Origin: Rhizodiscina lignyota
Lineage: Eukaryota
Assembly (NCBI GenBank): GCA_010015805.1
Contig: ML978121.1
Coordinates: 682,001-746,000, forward strand
DNA: 64,000 bases
Reading direction: 5' to 3'
Shown: piece after piece, positions 57,455-64,000 of the stretch
Numbering within the stretch: position 1 is the stretch's first letter
How the letters are laid out: every line of letters begins with the position of its first letter
The notes under the pieces: generated by a model
What the model was told of the DNA's origin: nothing
The model's database searches: none
Seen by the model: the letters and a program-made list of their open reading frames with translations, nothing else
Position numbers and translations under genes: made by a program

Positions 57455-59641
57455 AGAAGAAACTGCTTCGGAACGGAGGTCTGGAGCGTACTTTCCATCT
57501 TCAACGGCAGCTTTTGTGCCTTGTCATTCAGCATCATCAACCGATCACTCTCTGTTGATGGGATTGACAGCCCAAGAGTCAAATACTGTGTGTCCAATAT
57601 GCTAGCTGTGGGTAGTCTGGGGTAACGCGGCGCCACAGCATGTGTGGGAGCATATGCTGCGACTTCCTGCGGACTGCGCATGCTTTATGTCAAGGGTGGA
57701 AATACTGAGCTGGCATGACGAAGGACGACGCATGGAATCACATGGAACGGACGGTAATAGGTGCTCCCTCTGCAACGAGTCTGCTACGGGCGCCTCAATA
57801 CCGGTGGATGGACAGTTCGGCTAGACGTGCTGGTCATCATAAATGGCGGCTTTTGCACCATTTGATTTAGCATCACGGCCGCGGACGAGGGGATTGTACG
57901 GGCGGTAATGATGGGCTGAGGCAGGGGCCAACGATGAGGTGTTCACTCTGCAAGGAATGTCTACAGCGAAGTACGTGCGCTACAGCATCGGTATTTCGGT
58001 CCCAGGAGAGCAATATATAAGAGGCGTGGCGCTTCCTCTATCATCGAATATATTCTCAGCACACTAGGACATGATGGCGATGCTGAATGACACAGAGGGT
58101 ATCAACATCGGAATTTCCTTTCGGTTTTGTGTTCTACAGATAGTGTTGGACGAATCGAAAAAGGTAAACAGGACAACTTGGTGAATTTCGGCACGTGGCA
58201 CGAGACCAGTAGAAGAAAGTCAACCATACAACTTAGCAAGCCTCTTCATGTAGAGTGGTCTTTGCGGAAGAGGCTGAATCAAATGCCTTAGCTGACCTCC
58301 GCGTACAGCAGTAGATTAGTAGAAGAAGATCAGCTGGATAACTAGCTACCTCTCAGTGCATAGTGCAGCCCCGATGGAAGAACGTAATCCAGATAACTTG
58401 CTGAACTTGCGCATGTAGTATAAGCGCAGCAGAAGACGGTGAACTGCATCGCTCAGTTAACTTGTGCACATGTCGCCAGCTGATTCGAAGAGCTAGTTTT
58501 AATTTCTGCATCGTATCTCCGCACACAGTTGGGGTCTAGAGTTAGAATTTGCCCGTTTGGAGTTGAAATATGCAACTCAACTGTATGTACGGAATCATTC
58601 AGAATACTTATCTGTTATTCTATCGTGGCACCTCACACACTTGTCTTGCTAGCCATGGCTTAATCGACCTTTGGGGCCGCGGTCTATGGATGATGTCAAT
58701 TCCCAGGCTATCCCAAATCAAAGACAGAGAAAAGCCAAGACGGAATATTCACGGCATGGAGGCAGTAAGACATCTGGAGTTTGAGTAGACAACTGCTTCT
58801 TATGATCTTCGTAGCTATGTCTTAGAATTATACCAGGTCACACTTTTTCATCTTCCATGCTTCATCACCTGCGCACACGGCTCAGTGAAAAAGGTATAGT
58901 AATGTCTCCCCTTCCTCGCCTCTCAATCGCTCATCCTCATGCTTCGATAATCAAGAAAAGGCGTGGATGCCGGGTTCGTCAAATCAGAGTAGTACCGCGA
59001 GCGACAAGCATTGCTGCCGACGTATCGCAATTCGCCTTTGTGCAGGACCAGGAAGCAACCCAATGGGAATGAAAAACATTCAAAACAGGAGAAAAAACAA
59101 AAGGAAGAGGATGATGGATGACCAGAAAAGGGAATTATTTCAAACGCCTGGACAATGCATGATGGGAGGATGCCAACAGATTCGCTCGATGATGTGGAAA
59201 ATCCTGCCGTCCGATTCGTTTCGTGCCAATGCCGCCATTACAAAGAGGTGAAAGGGGTATTTAGACTTTGTGCAAAGCTTGCCGGTGCTAAAGCATGTCG
59301 GTGCTTTGTCCAAGAGTCTGTTTGTGCAATAGAGATGCTGAATGTAAACGCTGCTGCTTCCACCACTCCAACTGTTTCCCTCAATTATCCTTCGCTATTC
59401 CGTTTCTTCTGCCGTTGATGTACACCAAGAAGCGTCAAAGGTGAAGTGTATTGCGTCCTGAGCCCTGTCTAGCGTATCCGAAGAGTTCTCCGATGTGATG
59501 TGAGGATTGAAAAGAGGTGCTGATGCAGAAGATGGATATATGCTGGCTCTCCGATGGGTTGCTAACTGTATGCTCATTGGGAGGACCATCGCTGGCGCTT
59601 TGTGGACGTAAGGCAAAAGAAAACTGAAATAAGAATTCCTC

Positions 59642-61510
59642 TTATTGCTGCGCAGCAACGCACCAATGCCGGTGGAATACCCATGCAGCCTTCTGACACT
59701 CCTTGCTGCAGTACTTTGTCCGCCGGCATCTCCTGCACTTTGCGAACTGCCTCGTGTATTCTTCCCACTTGCCACACTCGTAATACGCGCACTGTCTGAT
59801 GCCGCCCCGCGAGTCGTCTTTGCGGCAAAGGTTCCTCATGACGACACCAGCCCAGTACTGCATGTCCTGCGAGTGATGGCGGACCGTGAACTTCTCCACA
59901 AGCGGGAAGATGTTGAGGTCTTCGGGGAGAAGGTACTCATTGTCCGGATCATCTTCGAAGGCGAGCGGTTCGTCGGTGGGAGGGATTTCGCCGTCCAAGA
60001 GCATCAGTTGTTTGCCAATCTTGAGCCCAGGGACGAGATGGGAGTTCTGGAAGTAGCGTCGTAGGTTGCAGTATTTCGAGACGTAAGCGAGGAGTTGGAG
60101 GGACATGAGAACATCTTCGTCTCGAGGTACGGCGGCGACCATTGCGGCGGCAGTGGCGCGGTCCGTGATCAGGTTGGCGATGTGACGAGGATACCACGGC
60201 AGGACAGGAACGTTCATTGTTGGCGGAGTGGCGTTCATGGCATTGAGGACGTTGAGTGTGGGAAGTTGAGGGGCTCCAAACGGTGTGGCGGGCTGTGGAG
60301 TTGCGGGGTTGACGATGCTACCATCCAGCATAGTGCGATGTGTAATGTTGAACGTCTCAGCGTCTGTTCCTTCTGGTCCTGGCGGGGCAAGGCGCACGGG
60401 TGTTGCTCCCGCTTCAAGAACGTCCTCGCTGTCTACTACGTCTGGCATCTGGATGTCGTTCTGAATGCCCACCAGAGGTTCTTCAGCAGCAGGTTCAGGT
60501 ACCGAGTCGCTGGGCGCCTCGGCGATTTCATCAGCTTGTCCATCGTCCGAGTCTCCAGACATCGAGAGCTGATGTCTGATGGATGGTCTTCGGTTTCCTC
60601 TTGACCGACGAGGACTACTCGGTCGAAGTTGTGCCGTGGCATTGGGAGTTGTGGGCGACTCCGGCTGAGATGTCACTTCCACCTGAAGAGATGGAAGCAT
60701 TGATGGCAGTCTGTCCACTTCGCGTACTGGACGAATACCGAAGGAATCTGGAGAGCTATCCAGAAGAGGTCCAGCAGTGACAAGGGGCTGGGTGATCATG
60801 TGGCGCCCATTTCCAGTTGCGAACATCTGTGGCCTGCTCTCATGGCTCCGGTGGTGATGATGGTGATGATGTGAGCGGCCAAAGGTTGTCCTCTCAGGAG
60901 GAGAACTGAGCGAGAAAGCAGGAAGAGGATTTGCGGCGTCGTTTGTGGTCGTATTCTGTCCATAAGGCTGTGGAATCTCAATCGGCGGCGGAACCTGGCG
61001 ACGAGACCTCTCAGACCGGTGACTGCTGCCAGATCCGCTATGATCATTTGCCCTCGAGCAATGTCTGGACGGAACGCCCAAACGGGCAGAAGTGCGCTTG
61101 AGCTCAGCCTCGGCCTTCTCACGGCATTTATCAACGACCTTGATGTAGTTGTCGAGTATCGTCGCGATGACCGGGACCATGTCTGCTTCAACAACTCTCG
61201 TCCTTACGTTCTCCGAACCTCGCACGCCGATATTGACGACGCACTGAAACGCGAGGTTCCACTTCCACATCTCCATCATGTCTTTGCTCCTCCCCTCTTT
61301 GAGGATGACCACCAGTCTTTCAATGCCGCCATCGACACCAAGGATATCTCTGATACGGGCTGAAGAGGTTGTGAGGTATGCGAGGTGGTTGAGGGAGTTG
61401 ACGAGAGGGAGAGTCGAGGTGCAGTCGAGGGCTCGCCGATCATACAACGCGGTCGTTATGCCGACCGACGCCTTGTTCGCGCTTGGTATGCTAAAATTTG
61501 CCTCCCTCAT
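59642..61510 (-). CDS. samB: MYND-type zinc-finger protein SamB/Mub1
   Basis: MREANFSIP...LYDRRALDCTS...LNHLAYLTTSS, SLQLLAYVSKY, YWAGVVMRNLCRKD, and the MYND finger CAYYECGKWE...FAKCRRCRRTKYCSKECQKAAWVFHRHWC. Confidence 0.95.
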   Translation of the reverse strand: MREANFSIPSANKASVGITTALYDRRALDCTSTLPLVNSLNHLAYLTTSSARIRDILGVDGGIERLVVILKEGRSKDMMEMWKWNLAFQCVVNIGVRGSENVRTRVVEADMVPVIATILDNYIKVVDKCREKAEAELKRTSARLGVPSRHCSRANDHSGSGSSHRSERSRRQVPPPIEIPQPYGQNTTTNDAANPLPAFSLSSPPERTTFGRSHHHHHHHRSHESRPQMFATGNGRHMITQPLVTAGPLLDSSPDSFGIRPVREVDRLPSMLPSLQVEVTSQPESPTTPNATAQLRPSSPRRSRGNRRPSIRHQLSMSGDSDDGQADEIAEAPSDSVPEPAAEEPLVGIQNDIQMPDVVDSEDVLEAGATPVRLAPPGPEGTDAETFNITHRTMLDGSIVNPATPQPATPFGAPQLPTLNVLNAMNATPPTMNVPVLPWYPRHIANLITDRATAAAMVAAVPRDEDVLMSLQLLAYVSKYCNLRRYFQNSHLVPGLKIGKQLMLLDGEIPPTDEPLAFEDDPDNEYLLPEDLNIFPLVEKFTVRHHSQDMQYWAGVVMRNLCRKDDSRGGIRQCAYYECGKWEEYTRQFAKCRRCRRTKYCSKECQKAAWVFHRHWCVAAQQ

Positions 61511-63165
61511 GTTCGTTGCCGGCAGAGGTGCGTCGAGATGAGATTGCGAGGCGCGGTGCGACGTGAAAGTTGGAATGTTGCAGTCGCGGTGCGGAGTAGA
61601 AGGTCAGGGATGTGCAGAGGATGTTTGTGTCGTGTCTCGGTCCCTAAAGCAACCCTCGCACCCCCAAACACAACGGGGAGTTGTAGAAAGGTCAATTCGA
61701 CTGGAAGAGGGTATCACGGAGGCACGAGACGATGAACAATGATGGCAAAGCACCACTACACTCGCGAAACTCGAGAGTGCGGAGCCGAGTCAAAGGAACG
61801 GCCCAGGCCCAAAGGTGAGGCGTCGGTGCTGCGAACCTCACTGAAGGTAGGACGACACGCGAGGATGTTGGATTGTCGTGCAAAGGCTCGCGATGCCGGG
61901 AGGAGGTGTTTTTTTTTTTGGTGAAGAGTGGATTGGAAAGCAGGTCGGGCGTGTGGCGAGGCAGAGGACGTGATTGCCGATGCGGAGGGAAGCGACTCAA
62001 ATCGACGGGGGGTAGTCGTCGTGGTCGTGGGCCCTCTCGCGCGTCTGCTCAGCGAGCCATATGATGCTGCAGTGGGCGAGTAGCGGAATGCGAGTAACTT
62101 GCTGCTCTTCGGGATGGTGTATGGGGGTGTATGAGAGGGAGTCGAGTCGGTTGGGCGTGAGGAGAGTGCAGGAGAGAGTGTCTCAAGGAAGGCCTGCTAA
62201 AGCCTGCTAAAGGCGCTGCTTATCCAATCAGGCGTGGCCGACTTTATGCGTCGCACGCCACAGCATTCCTCATTTCAGCTGCAGCGTAGCATCATCTAGA
62301 AACGCTACTAACCGGCACGCAAGCAGTTCGCTAATCACGAATTGACGAGAGCAGCTGTGCGGTGCTATCACGCACGGCGAGGTGGGAGTCTGCAGCCTCC
62401 AACGCTCCCATATCACGGCCGCTTCAATTGTAACAGGACCCGTTAGCCGCCCATGATCTATTCTGGGCTGCAGGTCACATGTTGGATGGCAAATGGCAAG
62501 ACAGGACGCCGTCTACCATGTTGGACAGCGGACTCGATGCTTGATCGCCACGAACACTCTCCTCCTTGTGCGCGCTGTGTCGCTGCATGTCTTGGATTGC
62601 ACCCGCTGGGTCCATGTCAGACGTTAGAGGAGCATCCGTGGTTTAAGGTTTGATGGCAGGCCCCGTCCCCGTCAAATAAGCAGCAGCACGTGAAGCGGCG
62701 CTCTGGGCTGCTCTGGGTACCCGCGCACCCAAATGCACGGTCGGAGGTACCGCTCGCCAGTAACCGCCAGCCAAGCCAGTCCGGGCTGCCGCTGGCTTTG
62801 ACGCTCCTCATCAAACCACAAAGGCGACGCGCAAAAGTAATCATCGACCCTGCGACCCAGCCATAGGAGTGGCCGCGCTTGTTTCCATTATTATGCGCCC
62901 TTGCCAGCAACGCGCGCCGTTCCCCTTAATTGTTCGGGTAGGTCCATAATCGTGGCGGCAGGGGATGTGTAGCGCGTGTCGTCACGTACCTCCTTTAACC
63001 CCAGACTTTGTATGACGGGAGCATCCATGACAGAAAATGTCCATCACCATCAACACTTTTCGCTGTATCTCACCACCATTCGCTAATTGGCACGCCCGCT
63101 CGCTTTTCATCTCCGGCATCCGCCATTATCATCCTTCCTTCGCAACCTATCCATGCCGTAACACA

Positions 63166-64000
63166 ATGGCAGAGCCACAAGTTAGAGACTTCCAGACGCG
63201 TGCGAGAGCGGCGACCGAATACATCTCTACTCAAACCTTCGGCGGTGACCTCGAGGCGCAGAGAAGCAGACGGCACAGCTCATCCGTCTCCCCAAATGTT
63301 GCTACTTCAGTTTCCGGTCGAAGCGTCGGGAACGACAACTTACACCCAGACGCTCGCACTTCCGTCGAGAGCCTAAGACGACGACCTACCAGACAAAACA
63401 CCGTTCGGCACTACAGCCAATCTGCTACACATGCGCAGTACGAAGAGCCCGGTGCAGAACCTGGTATAGACACGCAGAAGGAGGATGCGATACTACGATT
63501 CCGGCACTTGCTTGCAGATTGTCAGATTACCGTGGTCGACTTCTCGGAGGATCGCATACAACAGCATGAGCTGGACAATCGCACTCTTGCCGAATTCATC
63601 ATGCAGCCAAAGCCAGATTGGGTGGCCTGCCGTTGGATGAACGTCAATGGCATCAGTTTCGACGTTATACAACTCCTACAGAAGGAGAAGAACCTCCATC
63701 GCCTTGCGGTGGAGGATCTGTTACAGAGCAGAAGTAGGACAAAGGCCGATTGGTACTCTGATCATGCTTTCCGTAAGTGCTCTTCGTTCTTTAGCTGCTT
63801 GCTTAACGAAAGCTGCAATTGTCATACTCTCCCGACAATCTATGCGTGGACGCTCCTATTTCTTGTCAGCTTCCACCTCACTAGAACCAATGTCATGTCA
63901 ATCAATTAGATCTCTTACTATGTGTTCATTGCTTCTTCAGAGAAGCTCTATACCGTGTTATCTAATGTTCTTTCAGTGCTCTTAACCCTCCAAAAGCTGG
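63166..64000 (+). CDS. CorA-like Mg2+ transporter family protein, 5' part only (runs off the window)
   Basis: PGAEPGID, ITVVDFS, CRWMNVNGIS, LHRLAVEDL, RTKADWYSDHAF. Intron at ~63773-63977, then LLTLQKL. Confidence 0.75.

Overview
Gene-dense, intron-rich genomic DNA from a filamentous ascomycete (Pezizomycotina; ~50-nt GT-AG introns with CTRAC/CTAAY branch points). I can support about 28 protein-coding loci, mostly housekeeping: FBA1, a GT31 glycosyltransferase, SPC19, ATP18, casein kinase I, a FUSC/ArAE-like transporter, RPL32, a USP, ALB1, LAS1, IRC6/p34, SMD3, GEP4, TRS31, an ADF-H protein, IRC22/TRAP-alpha, a NYN-like CCCH protein, a NOPCHAP1-like protein, a polysaccharide deacetylase, SamB and a partial CorA-like gene. 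The main discovery is a family of four small two-exon genes (138-172 aa) that I do not recognise and that the ORF track shows only as fragments. Three lie in tandem at 38.3-40.7 kb and one at 23.8-24.3 kb; all share a phase-1 intron at the same position and the same protein motifs. An accessory-looking block (15-24.4 kb) also holds a divergent pair of F-box/LRR-like paralogs, one with two nonsense codons in its N-terminal F-box region, and a nitronate monooxygenase gene with a 1-nt frameshift. I found no tRNA, rRNA, CRISPR array or intact transposon. All family calls come from motif recognition, not database searches, and exon boundaries were read by eye.
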